A DNA stretch of 64,000 nt from Neoconidiobolus thromboides FSU 785 (Eukaryota; Fungi; Entomophthoromycota). The notes beneath the pieces are model-generated. The model did not search any database. It was not told the DNA's origin and saw only the letters and a program-made list of their open reading frames with translations. Positions 52,705-64,000 of the stretch are shown in pieces (position 1 is the stretch's first letter; every line of letters starts with the position of its first letter). Where the stretch lies: NCBI GenBank assembly GCA_025603075.1, contig MU626285.1:62001-126000 (forward strand), written 5' to 3'. A program made the position numbers and the translations under genes.

Positions 52705-54254
52705 ATGGAACAGATTAATGAAACAAATGCAGTAGCTCAAGCACCCAAAGCAGTTTACTTTGATTCTAATGGAAAAGAGAATAGCTTTGATGTAAAATTA
52801 GATCAGATGACGAATAACTGGTACTATATTGATCCAAAAGATCAAGTGAAATATGAGTTTGATTCTAATACAAATGCTTGGTTTCCAATGGTATAGGAAA
52901 ATTATTGTATTCTTCATCTATATTTTATTCTTAAACTTACCTATTTAGTTCGATCAAGACTTAGTTTTGGCCCAACAGTCGATTTATGATGTCGATGAAC
53001 CACAAGTAAGCCACTTAAAAATAAAATAGTAGAGCAATAAGAGTATTTACGATAACAAGATTAATAAGGAAGAAAAGTCTCCTGTTCGAAAGGGAGTTAA
53101 GGTATTTTAAATACCTTTAAATATAAATATCCTTAATATTAGGTAGAATAAAAAGAAGAATAATGATGTAGAGAATAAACCTAAAGAAAGAATCAATTCT
53201 TCAGTTTATGTTACTGGATTGCCACCTGACGCTACTTTTGAAGAGCTTAAAGAAACTTTTTCGAAATGTGGATTGTTTATGGAAGATTTAGCTACTGGTA
53301 AGAATAAATTCACTGAAACTATCTAGTAATAATAAATTTTCAGGAAAGCCTAAAATAAAATTATATAAAGATGAGAATGGGCAATGTAAAGGAGATGCTC
53401 TTATAACGTTTTTTAAAGAAGAATCAGTGCAACTTGCCACTAGTCTTTTAGATGAGGCCCCTTTCAGACCTCCCAAACCCGACCTTATTTACGTACAAAA
53501 AGTAATCAACTAAACACAGCAATATGAAAATGATACTAATGTAATTCAAACTAGGCTGATTTCTCCAAAAAAGAACATGCAGATAGTAATAATGAAGTTA
53601 AAAAAAATAAGGTTGACCCAAAAATATTAAAAAAGCGCAGACAAAATATGGAAAGGTAAATAAAACTGTAACAGAGATCAAAAAAATGACTGATTATTAT
53701 TAAGGAAATTAGATTGGTATGAGAAAGAAGAAAAGAGCAATAAAGAAAAGTTTCGAAAAACGGTTTTGCTAAAGCATATGTTTAGTCTTCAAGAATTGGA
53801 AGTAAGTTAGGATATAAAAGTATCACTTAACTTACTTTAATTTTAAGGATGATCCAGCGCTTATTTTAGATTTGAAAGAAGATATTCGTGAAGAATGCTC
53901 TAAGATTGGAGAAGTCACTAATGTGATATTGTATGATGTAACATAGTATTGAATAATAATGAATTGTAATATTAATTAAATTAGAAATCTGAAGAAGGAG
54001 CCTGTACTGTTCGATTTAGAGAAGTGTTGTCTGCGGATGCGTGTATTAAAGTAAGACTAATAAATTTAATTGTCTGCTTATTTACTTATTTACTTATATT
54101 TAAGTTAATGAACAACCGATTTTTTGGTGGAAGAAGAATTGAAGCTTCTATTTATGATGGAGCTAAATATCAAAGAAGTGATAATAGAACTATGGATGAC
54201 GAAGAAGAAAAGGCCAGATTAGATCAATTTGGTGAATGGCTTGAAAAGAAATAA
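52705..54254 (+). CDS. CUS2: U2 snRNP-associated splicing factor Cus2/Tat-SF1, multi-exon
   Basis: RRM SVYVTGLPPD..KPKIKLYKDENGQCKGDALITFFKEESV; UHM VLLKHMF..DLKEDIREECSKIGEVTNV..MNNRFFGGRRIEA. Confidence 0.92.
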
Positions 54255-54461
54255 GAAATTTCGCTTTATTTTTGCCAAACTTCTAATAAATAAATTTCAT
54301 TTTTTGCTGAAAACATATTATTAATTTATATTACTTTAGACTTTTTGCTAAATACAATCAAATATAAGTTTTATTAGAATTATAAAGTACATCAATTTAT
54401 TTATTCATAGCTAGCAGATTATTAAATTGTATAAAATGGACATAAAAACCAAATGACTATT

Positions 54462-54938
54462 TTAATTGAGCTTATTAATATAAGATATAAACATATCTCT
54501 TTTAGACTTCTTTGGTTGTGATTCTACGCCATCGAGGTGGTCAAGGAGTTTCTTAAATCTAGTTTCAATTACTTTTTTAAGCTCAGGATCCTTTCCGGCC
54601 TTTTCGATTATTTTAAATAAGAAAGGTTCGGTAGCAGCATAAAAATTATCAAAGATAATTGATGGTTTGAGGGCTTGTTCTTTAGCGTATTTAAGGGCTT
54701 CACCTTTAACCTTTTCTTTTCCTTTATTGATTAAGTCGTCGGTAAATGAGCCATTGCTTCCTTCAGGCTTGTTTACTACAGATTTATTTTCTTCAGGTTT
54801 AATTTCTGTTGGTCCATTTTTACCCTGCTCTACAGGGTTGTTGGCTCTTGTACCAAGTTCGGAGATTAGTTCAGTAACAGAGAAGGCAGAAGCAGTCGTG
54901 GCAAAGGCGACAATAGTCAAAATCGAGGAAAATTTCAT
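54462..54938 (-). CDS. Small secreted protein of unknown function, 158 aa
   Basis: Signal peptide MKFSSILTIVAFATTASA; helical K/E-rich body; KR near C-terminus. Confidence 0.8.
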   Translation of the reverse strand: MKFSSILTIVAFATTASAFSVTELISELGTRANNPVEQGKNGPTEIKPEENKSVVNKPEGSNGSFTDDLINKGKEKVKGEALKYAKEQALKPSIIFDNFYAATEPFLFKIIEKAGKDPELKKVIETRFKKLLDHLDGVESQPKKSKRDMFISYINKLN

Positions 54939-55951
54939 TATTAAACTAATTAAAAAGATAAAAGAATAAATTCCAATAACTATGTTTTTATAGCCAAATT
55001 AATTTATTTAATTATTCTGATATTTACTATATTTGGTAATTTTAGCTATTAATATAACTTTTAATTAATTGTCACTTATTTTTTTGTAAGTTATTAAGCA
55101 TTTGAATATTTTATGACTTAATTTGAGTTCTTTTAAAGGCTTGAGGAGTTATATAACATATTAAAATATACAAAAGGATATATGTTATCTTGTAATTGGG
55201 CGTTGAAAGCCAGTACTATAATGTAAATAATAATAACGCTAGCTAATTTATTTGTATTGACCAAGCAACCTGTTACAAAATCAATAGGGTTATAGTTATT
55301 ACTTAAGGCTAAATCAGTAGCTTAGAATATCAATATAATTAGAATAGCAATTCACCTATAGTAGCAGATGAAGACTTTCCTTATGATACTAAATATTCTA
55401 CTCGCTTTGACAAATAAAATACTAGCACTATTTGACTTATGAGAGTAATAGATTTATGGAAATTTATGACAAAAAAACATAATTCATAAAATTATGGAAG
55501 TTATAGAGTTATTTATAACTCCTATTTAACTTATTTCAATAACTATTGATTGTTTTTTGAATTAATTAATATAATAAAAACCATACTTGAACTTATTATC
55601 ATTTAACTTTAGTTGGATATTTATTAGATAAACTTACTTTAAAGCTATGTATTTTTATATATTAAACTAGTAAAGCAAATTCAATATTTTGCTTTAATTG
55701 AGAGAAATTTATAATAAATATTTTTAAGATGGGCAAAAATGAATTAAAATTCAATCAAGCGATTTTATTTAGCGTAGTTTAAAATTAGTACTATCCAACG
55801 GTTAACTATGACGCATTCTTTTTAGACAGTAATTTATATAATATTGAAACTTTTTAGCAAATCATCTCTCAGGATATAGTTATCCAAAAAAAGCAAATGA
55901 TGGTTGTTTAGAATCAGACTTTTTGTTTTCATTTTTTATTCTTTCATTCAA

Positions 55952-58800
55952 ATGGAACCAAGCCAATTTCAAGCTAAAAATCTTAATTTATCGGAGGAAA
56001 TCGAAGAGATTAAGGAGGATAAATTTGATTTTGACAGCGGCGTCTTGAGCAGAGAAGAAAAAATGGAATCTGTGCTGTTTGAAGAAGGTTAGGATAGTAA
56101 CCTTATTGTGCAATTATTATCAATTAATATTAAAATAGGATGGGAATACTTAATTATTTATGAGCTAGAAAAGAACTATAAATATAAAATAGTAGATATA
56201 CTTAGAGATTTTGAAGTAGATAAACATTACTCATTGGAAATAAAGTAATTTTCTTCTTTTCAATAGCACCAACCTGATAATTTTTTCTAATAAATGTTAG
56301 TATGTTAAATTTGGTACAAAATAATAGTAAATTGGGGAATTTGATTTTAAACTATCCTTTGAAATTAATACCAATTATGGAAAAAGCAGTAAACAGTCTT
56401 CAATATAGCTTATTAAGTTTCAGTACTCATGATGATCCATTATCACATAAAAGAAACGTGCACATTAGATTGAATAAGTAATTAAATATATATTTATTGT
56501 TTTATAATAACTAGTTTGTAGTTTGCCAAATGTAAATGTATATAATAAAATGGGAATGCCAAACAATGATGATATTGGAAAACTTATATCAGTCCAAGGG
56601 ACAATATTAAGGTAATTTATAGAACTATTAAAAATTATAGTAATAATGTTTTAAAAGGACGGGGGAAACCAAAATAATTACCAATACCGCAATTGCAGAG
56701 TGTACCAAATGCAAAGGAATATTCAATTTAACTAGTAATCTGGATAAGCACTCTACTATCAAACCGCCGGTTGTTTGTTTAAATGACGAAAAACCAAACT
56801 GTTTGAATAGTAGATTTAATATTACTAAAACTAATGGTAAATAGCATAACAAAAATCACCCTGATCGGTAAAATCATACTTTATTAGATAGGCATCATTT
56901 TAGACAATATCAAGAGATCAAAATTCAACAAAATATGTCTAATTTATCTATCGGTTCAATATCCTTTTTTTTTTAATTCAAATAGGACATGTTAATTTTT
57001 TTATTCCTTAACTTTTTTTACATGCCAAAAACAGTAGTAGCGATATTAGAAGATGACCTAGTTGATCAAGTAAAAAGTGGCGATAAAGTGAAGATAATGT
57101 AAATATTGAATTAAGATTTGCATAAAAGTAGTATTAAAAATATATAAAAAATATAGTGGGTGTCTACGAAGAAGATGGAAAGAAGTTAACGCTGGGCAAC
57201 GATGTATTGTAGAAATGTACTTCCATGTTAACAACGTTATTATTAAAAGCGACTTGACAATTTTTAATAACACTGTTGTAAATTCATTTACTCAATTTTG
57301 GTCAATTCATAAAGATAGACCGTTGTTAGGTAATTAAAACCAAATTTATTTATTTTATAGTTTCATTCAAATTGACAAGTTTAGCTAGGTAATAATAAAA
57401 CAATAAGTAATCTTATTTATTAAATAAGGTAAAAAGAGATAAAATTGTAAATTCATTTTGTCCAAAAGTATATGGCTTGCACTTAGTTAAACTTTGCTGC
57501 TTATTAACTATTATTGGCGGTGTTTCAAAATCATCCGAAAGTGGACATAAAGTTCGTGGCGAGCCACATTTACTATTGGTTGGTGATCCTGGTACTGCAA
57601 AGTCACAGTTTTTAAAGTTTTCCAATAAATTAGTTCAAAGATCGATTTTGACCACCGGTATTGGAACCAGTTCGTGAGTCATTGTGCAATATTGTCATAG
57701 ATTAGGTTACTAACGTTGATTTATTTAGGGTCGGACTTACTGTTGCTGCAACAAAAGTAACTTTGATGTTTCATAAGTATTTTACACATGACTAATATTA
57801 ATCAAAAGGATAAAGGAGGGTTTGTGCTTGAGCCAGGTGCATTGGTGTTAGCTGATGGAGGGTTATGCTGTATCGATGAATTTAATAGTATTCAAGAAAG
57901 AGATAAAACATCTGTATATGAAGGTAATTATAAATCATTAATATATCTGAATGTCTTTCAACTATTTCTCTAGCTATGGAGCAGCAAAGAATATCGATTG
58001 CCAAAGCAGGTAAAACAATTTGAAATTAAACATCAAATATAATCTAATTGATAATAGGCATAGTGTGTACATTAAATACAAGATGCTCCGTATTAGCAGC
58101 AACAAATCCAAAAGGTAATTACGATCCCAATCAAAGTCTGAGTACAAATTTAGCACTAGCGGGACCGTTGTTATCACGTTTTGATATGATTTTGATAATA
58201 TTAGATGATAAAGATTCAGAGTGGGATGAGTAATATTTAAATAATTTTATTTAATTTAATAGATAATAATAGACATATAGTAAAATTGCCGATTACATAT
58301 TAATGAGAGAATTAGATGGAATTAAAAACGATGAAAATAACACTGAGTTTAATATCGAGCAATTGAGGGATTACATTAATTATGTACAAAATGAATATCA
58401 ACCAAGGATTAGCAAAGAAGTAGATCTAATATTTACTAAATATTATCATTTAGTAAGAATGAAAGAGCAGGATAAATCTAGGACCACAGTAAGGTTTTTA
58501 GAAGCGTTGATTCGTTTAGCTCAAGCACATGCAAGGTTGTGCTTCAAAAATCAAGTTGATTACATAGACGCATGTCAAATTATCCTCTTGATGGAAATTG
58601 CGACTGCTGGCAATTTTTTTATACCTAGGTTAGTTAGCAATCCTGTGAAATTAATCAAATCTACATTCTTTGAAAACCCTGATGAAGAAGCAAAAGAACA
58701 AGGTAATTTTTTCTCCTAGTTTTGCCTTTTATTTTTAATTGTTATTTTAGCTGGTATTATACTTGGTGCCTTGGGCCTTTCTAACATTCTTCTAGAATAA
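55952..58800 (+). CDS. MCM9: MCM9 helicase, multi-exon, short C-terminus
   Basis: [22 protein letters not shown] (MCM9-type Walker A), [44 protein letters not shown]; Zn finger CTKC..C..C. Confidence 0.9.
56959..57021 (+). other. U12-type (minor spliceosome) AT-AC intron, 63 nt, phase 0
   Basis: 5' ATATCCTTT, branch TTCCTTAAC (57004-57012), 3' AC; removal gives [17 protein letters not shown]|[15 protein letters not shown]. Confidence 0.92.
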
Positions 58801-59732
58801 TAGTCTACAAGTTTTCAAAATTTTGATTAGATTGAGTTTATATTGCTATTTTAAGAAATTATAAATATAACTGTTCTTTATTATTTTATAAGTTTATTAT
58901 TTTTTTCAAAAACAAATGTTTATTAATTCAATAAAAATGATAATGAGAAAAAAGGAGCTAATGAAAAGCATTTTAATACAATTGATGAGTATTGAGATAA
59001 ACTTTTTATGTTTTATTAATGGAAAATCTTTTTTTAATGAACTCCAATGAACAGCTGTTTAAGCTAAATAGGATTGAAAAAGTATGAGTAATTCGATTTT
59101 CTTAAAGTTATTTCCTGTCTAATTTACTAAATATATTATTAGCCAATAAATACTGTTCTTGTATAAATTTTCATAAATCAGCTTAAAAAATATGTAAAAA
59201 TAATGAAAATAAAATAATTTTTCCCATACGTATATTTATTTAATGGTTTGGAAAATAAAGAGCAAACACTACACAAATACAATTCATCTAGATTATGATT
59301 ATGCTAGTACAAATAATAATAGCATAAAATTGTTACTTTTTAGCCCTACTTCTCTGGCTTAATTTATTTGATTTTATTTGGCAACAAGTCAGAGTGTTTT
59401 GCTTTTTCATAATTATATGAAAATAAAAAGCAGCAAAAACCCTAAGTAAGCAAAAATTTTTTCAGGCTTTTAAACTACCATTCTTTTGATTTTTATAGTA
59501 AATTAAGGTTTAACTCTAAATTAGTTTGGCTGGCCTCAACAACTATGAGGATTATTGTATATTGACTGAAACTAATCAAAGCTGTAAACAATAACTTAAG
59601 CTTAGCTATAACAGTTTAATTTTGAATTACTCATGAAGTTTTATATGATATTGAGCCATGGGCTTTTTTACTGACAAAGAGCTCATAAGTCTTTATTTTA
59701 TATCGAATACGTTGAATACCTAATCGCCATAT

Positions 59733-59830
59733 AGGAGTGTTTTTTTGACTTCATTATTTTTTCCATTTTTCAAGCGCTATTTAAGCGGAAAATTTGTTAG
59801 TAAAGTTCTTAAACACAAAAATACATCCCC
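59733..59830 (-). mobile_element. MITE copy 13
   Basis: ATAT|AGGAGTGTTTTTTTG...AAAAATACATCCCC|ATAT. Confidence 0.88.
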
Positions 59831-61354
59831 ATATACTTACAAATGAAATAAAGGTTGGCTTCCTTATCAAATTCTAATTTCATCGCTTTTTTATCATACT
59901 GAAATTCATCATTGCTTTAATTATCTCATGCTTAGGTACTTACTTATACCCTTGAGTTAAAATGCAGGTGTTTTAGTATCTATTATATTGGTACCAACCA
60001 GGCTATAAATAAATCATAGTTTTTAGATGGTAATAGGTTTTGTATAATTTTTCATATGGTTAATTACATTCAGATTTCATGGTAATATGAACAAAATGCA
60101 CCAGATTTTTATCTGAGCATAAAAGATACATTTACTTAAACTCAATCTAGTTATAATCATAAAATAAATTGCTTGATAAGTTATAAAAATAAACAAAGAC
60201 TCTGTTCAAACAATAATGTACTTTAATCAAAACTTTAAATGTCATTATATTATTATTTCCATGCCTTAAACTATTGTTAGTGTCCTAATATTAGTTCTTG
60301 AAGGCATCCAATTGTCCAAATTTCTAAAATAATGTATTTCAACAACTTAGATTAAGCTATCAATTGTATATCACTATAAGTTTCTTATATATTTAAAAAA
60401 TTGGAAAAAACAATTTATGATAAAGAATGACACCTTACGTAGATATAAATCTATTTAAATACCTGTTTATAGCGTAAATGTATCTATTATTTGTATTGTT
60501 TCCATCCTAAATATAATAAACTTTTTTTTATTAGGTAGAGATTGATCACAAATAAATGTATACAATATAAATTCATCAATATAAAAAGTAAAGTTTATTA
60601 AAGAACTTTCTATAAAAAAGAATATTAAAGATGTCCGAGTTTGTTTCAGAATTTACTTAGAAATTAATCCAAATTTTGTTTTGAATTTGTAAGTCTTTAA
60701 TGTGATTGTTTGAATCTAAAAAGCCTAAAATTAAATTTCTTTATTTGAAAAACTTGTTTTAATTGTTTCTTTTTCTTAAATAGCTAATTTTTCTAGCCAT
60801 ATGTTTTATGTTATTTCTGTTAAATATTTAATAGATATATAATGTATAACTATATAATTATATGGATAGAGTTATTTGACTTTATTTTTTGTTAAAATAA
60901 AAATAAAATGCAAACTTTTATAGCTAAACTTTGAAATGGGATTTTTGAAAATTTTGTTTTATTTTATCATAAAATTCCATAAACCTTGGGTTATTATAAG
61001 TAGCTCTTAAAATTGATGTAAATGAATTACAATGTTTATATTATGTGCTTCTTCTCATTTTATGTTAAAGAAAAGATATATTATCAAAGTTTACTATCGA
61101 TAACAATAAACTTAATCAAGCGAGGTATAAAATTAGTGCTTTAAGGAAAACAGGAAATAAAAATCACCAACTAGCGTTATTATCAGCTATAGCTTCAGTA
61201 TATTCTTTTGATGAATGTAAAAGCTTTGGGTTTAATATAAATAGAAATCAATATGATTATTCAAAAATAAGTAATAACAATAAAATATCAATATTACAAC
61301 CTATTATTAAAAATACAAAAGAAATTAAAGATGACCAAATTGAAACTATTATAT

Positions 61355-61452
61355 GGGGCTGTTTTTTTTAGTTTCATTATTTTTCCATTTTTTAAGCGCT
61401 ATCTATGTGGAAAAACTGTCAGTAAAATTCTTAAATACAAAAATACATCCCC
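61355..61452 (-). mobile_element. MITE copy 14, inserted in the transposase relic
   Basis: ATAT|GGGGCTGTTTTTTT...AAAAATACATCCCC|ATAT. Confidence 0.92.
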
Positions 61453-62693
61453 ATATAATATTTACTAAATGATTCAACTATTTCATCAAGATTTAATAAA
61501 AAATAATGATAGTAAATATTCATCAGATCATATATATATTAAATGAAAGTAAAAGAATAATATATAGTAAATATTTTAGTAATTCAAAAGATAAAGCAGT
61601 AGCTAGGTCAACATTTTTTAAATATATACCAAGTAATCTTAATGCAGCAAGAAAAACGGATTTATGTAATACATATACCCAGTATACAATTAGAAAAAAG
61701 CTATTTGAGAATAAAATAAATACAGCAATAAAAAATAAATCAAGGATAGAAGAGATTTTTAATGAAGAAGAGAAATTATACAAATTACACAAATTTTGTG
61801 TCGATACTCAAAAAAACACATTTAATGAAACTATTAAAAAATCAAATAATAAAAGTTTTATAATAATTTTAAATTTTAAACAAAATATGGAAACAGGAAT
61901 AAGACCAGATTCAATAAATTTAGATCATTATAACAAACAAGCTATATTAATATTAGGATTTAGTGTTTCATGTTTAAAAGATGATAAAACAATAGGCAAA
62001 GTTTACTTTGATTATTTATCTGAAATACTAAATCGTGATTCAGTATATGCAGGAGATTGTTTAATCGATTTAATCTCTACAGAGCTTTTATTTAAAAGGT
62101 TTACAAAAATTAATATATGGGTAGATACAGGAAATCATTTTAAATCCCAAGAGCTCCTATGTTACGTGTTTAAAGAAATTCATAAAATAAATAGTGGTTT
62201 AAATATTGATCTTAATTTTTTTGCTGACCATCATGGAAAAAGTATAGTTGATGGACATTTTGGAAACCTTTCAAAATGTAAAAGTAATTTTGAAGCATTA
62301 AGTAAAATAGAAGATATCAATCAACTTTCAAGATTTGAGGCTTTTATTTGCGAGCATAATAAAATCAATAACTCGACTGTTAATAATGGGAAAACAGATA
62401 TAATTTTTAAAAAGTATAAAAGAAACAAAAGTACAAAAAGAATAATAGAGATGCAGGGCATTAAGAAGTATTTACACTTTATTAAACATAACAATAAACT
62501 ACATTGTTATCCAGTATCTGATACATCAAAAAAAAGTGATATAGTTCGAATTAGAGTTGTAGAGTCTATAGAAAATAGAAAAATTAAAAGATCGACTCGA
62601 GCTTATCTTACAAAAATAACAGAGAATTTAAAACTTTCGATATTTACTAAGCAAGTAAGTGGTTTGTTAAGTGATAGAAATAAACTATTAAAT

Positions 62694-62792
62694 GGGGATG
62701 TGTTTTTGTATTTAAGAATTTTACTAGCAATTTTTCCACTCAAATAGCGCTTAAAAGGTGGAAAAAGTAATGAAGCCAAAAAAAACATCCCC
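62694..62792 (+). mobile_element. MITE copy 15, inserted near the transposase 3' end
   Basis: AAAT|GGGGATGTGTTTTT...AAAAAAAACATCCCC|AAAT; removal restores KLLN|ANTIRVNKQSKSK*. Confidence 0.93.
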
Positions 62793-63341
62793 AAATGCTA
62801 ATACTATTCGAGTTAATAAGCAATCAAAAAGCAAGTAATTGTAATAATAAGTAAGAAGTATCGTTATACTACTTGTATTACATATGGGTAGCTAATTATA
62901 GTTTTGAGGCTAACTACTCCCTCCCATGTAGCTATTTATTAGTTTAACGATATATTAATAATGTAATTATAACATTAGAATGATTTATTTATTTGATAGA
63001 AAATCTGCAATATTGGTTGTAAAGAAGTCGATAATAAATATTTCTCAATAAAGTTTTATAAGAGTATATATTTATCTACATACTGTAACTTTAATTATTA
63101 TTAGTATATATCTATTATATTAGTAAAGGTCTTGTTAATCTGGGAATTTTTATTAGATCTAGTAGAAATTCAGCTAGCTTACAATGTAAGCTATAATATA
63201 ATAAGTTAAAACTGTGTTGAGTACTTTTGTTTTTTAATAAAAAGAATGAAACTAATTTTGACATCTCCATATCATTTAATGTATATTGAACAAAATCTCC
63301 GACTTTGACTTATTAATAATTAAAAATAACAAAAGGCTAAT

Positions 63342-63918
63342 TCAATAGCCAGGACTGACCATTTGAGGAAGATTGTACCACCTTGGGTTAGTATAAGCAT
63401 TATGGGTTTGATATAAGCTTTGAGGAGCATTTGGGTTTAAGGGAATAATAACTTTATCTCTTTGTTCAATTATACGAAATCTGGCTACTGCATTTTTGTT
63501 CCTTTTAATGTAAGTATTCGTATCTTTGATGCTTTTCACAAAATGAATGTAACCCTAAAATAAATATAATTAGATATTAATTACAAAATAGGTTATAACT
63601 TACATAAATCTCATGAGCTAAAAATGAAAAGATAACAAGAGAAACTAAAACAGCATACGCTAACAGAGAAGGTTTTGCAAAAAAATAGAGGATAACTCCT
63701 ATAGCTATGAATATCACACTTAATAAAGCTATGAGTGCAATCCGATAATTGTAGGTTTTTTTCACGATTGAAGGTAACTGTGCTTTATTTTTATCTGTTC
63801 CAAATAACATTATTTCGGTGATGCTGTGTTGTATATTTAGATCAAACAAATAGTGTGGTTTGATTTGGATATCTTTAATATGAGAATTTTTTGTCAATGC
63901 TGACTGATTGAGGTCCAT
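63342..63918 (-). CDS. Two-exon small membrane protein (2 TM), unknown function
   Basis: Two hydrophobic helices (IALIALLSVIFIAIGVILYFF; LLAYAVLVSLVIFSFLA); GTAAGT...TTTTAG intron joins ORFs 63577-63918 and 63342-63539 in frame. Confidence 0.7.
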
Positions 63919-64000
63919 TGCAATAACTGTTAATAAGGCTAAATTTTTATTTTAAATTGTTTCAAATCTTTTTTCAATATATACTTTTTATCCCCTAAAA

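Larger units (their letters stand above)
61069..62838 (+). pseudogene. Inactivated Sola-like DDD transposase interrupted by two MITEs (contains ORF 61506-62747)
   Basis: IILNFKQN (first D to N), IWVDTGNHF, HHGKSIVDGHFG; frame continues upstream of the MITE at 61355 and downstream of the MITE at 62694; one nonsense codon and one frameshift. Confidence 0.75.

Noticed and set aside
53102-53146. CUS2 intron with a U12-like branch sequence TCCTTAAT
   Set aside because: The donor is GTATTTT, not GTATCCTT; read as a U2 intron with a tandem acceptor.
60261-60307. ATGCCTTAAACT, matching my recollection of the U12 snRNA 5' end, with a hairpin partner AAGGCAT
   Set aside because: The branch-pairing GTAAGGA does not follow and no Sm site or further structure is evident; probably a chance 12-mer in AT-rich DNA. 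Infernal would settle it.
61355-62792. The inverted ~98-bp repeats as native TIRs of an autonomous transposon
   Set aside because: Each repeat has its own TSD (ATAT; AAAT) and the transposase frame continues outside both, so they are secondary insertions.

Overview
Very AT-rich, intron-rich eukaryotic genomic DNA with short (about 40-65 nt) GT-AG introns. Gene content (MCM9, an AT-AC minor intron, a three-module Vps10, a Reeler protein, an F-box-like ORF) suggests an early-diverging fungus, possibly Zoopagomycota/Entomophthorales-like (inference). About 18 protein genes are supported: C2H2 TF, two small secreted orphans, F-box-like protein, Reeler protein, multicopper oxidase, SUMO, IRE1, VPS10, TMF1, TAF7, NAS2, WD40 protein, RBR E3 ligase, C1D/Rrp47, CUS2/Tat-SF1, MCM9 and a 2-TM orphan. 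There is also a tRNA-Ser(CGA). Fifteen copies of a previously unannotated ~98-bp MITE (GGGGATGT...ACATCCCC ends, 4-bp AWWT TSD) are scattered through intergenic DNA, mostly in doublets, and two interrupt a dead Sola-like DDD transposase. Best leads: a textbook U12-type AT-AC intron in MCM9, the MITE/Sola-like system, a triple-domain Vps10 with a DXXLL tail, and a multicopper oxidase with Lys at the T1-copper axial position. Exon boundaries were read by eye and the MITE + / - strands are an arbitrary convention.
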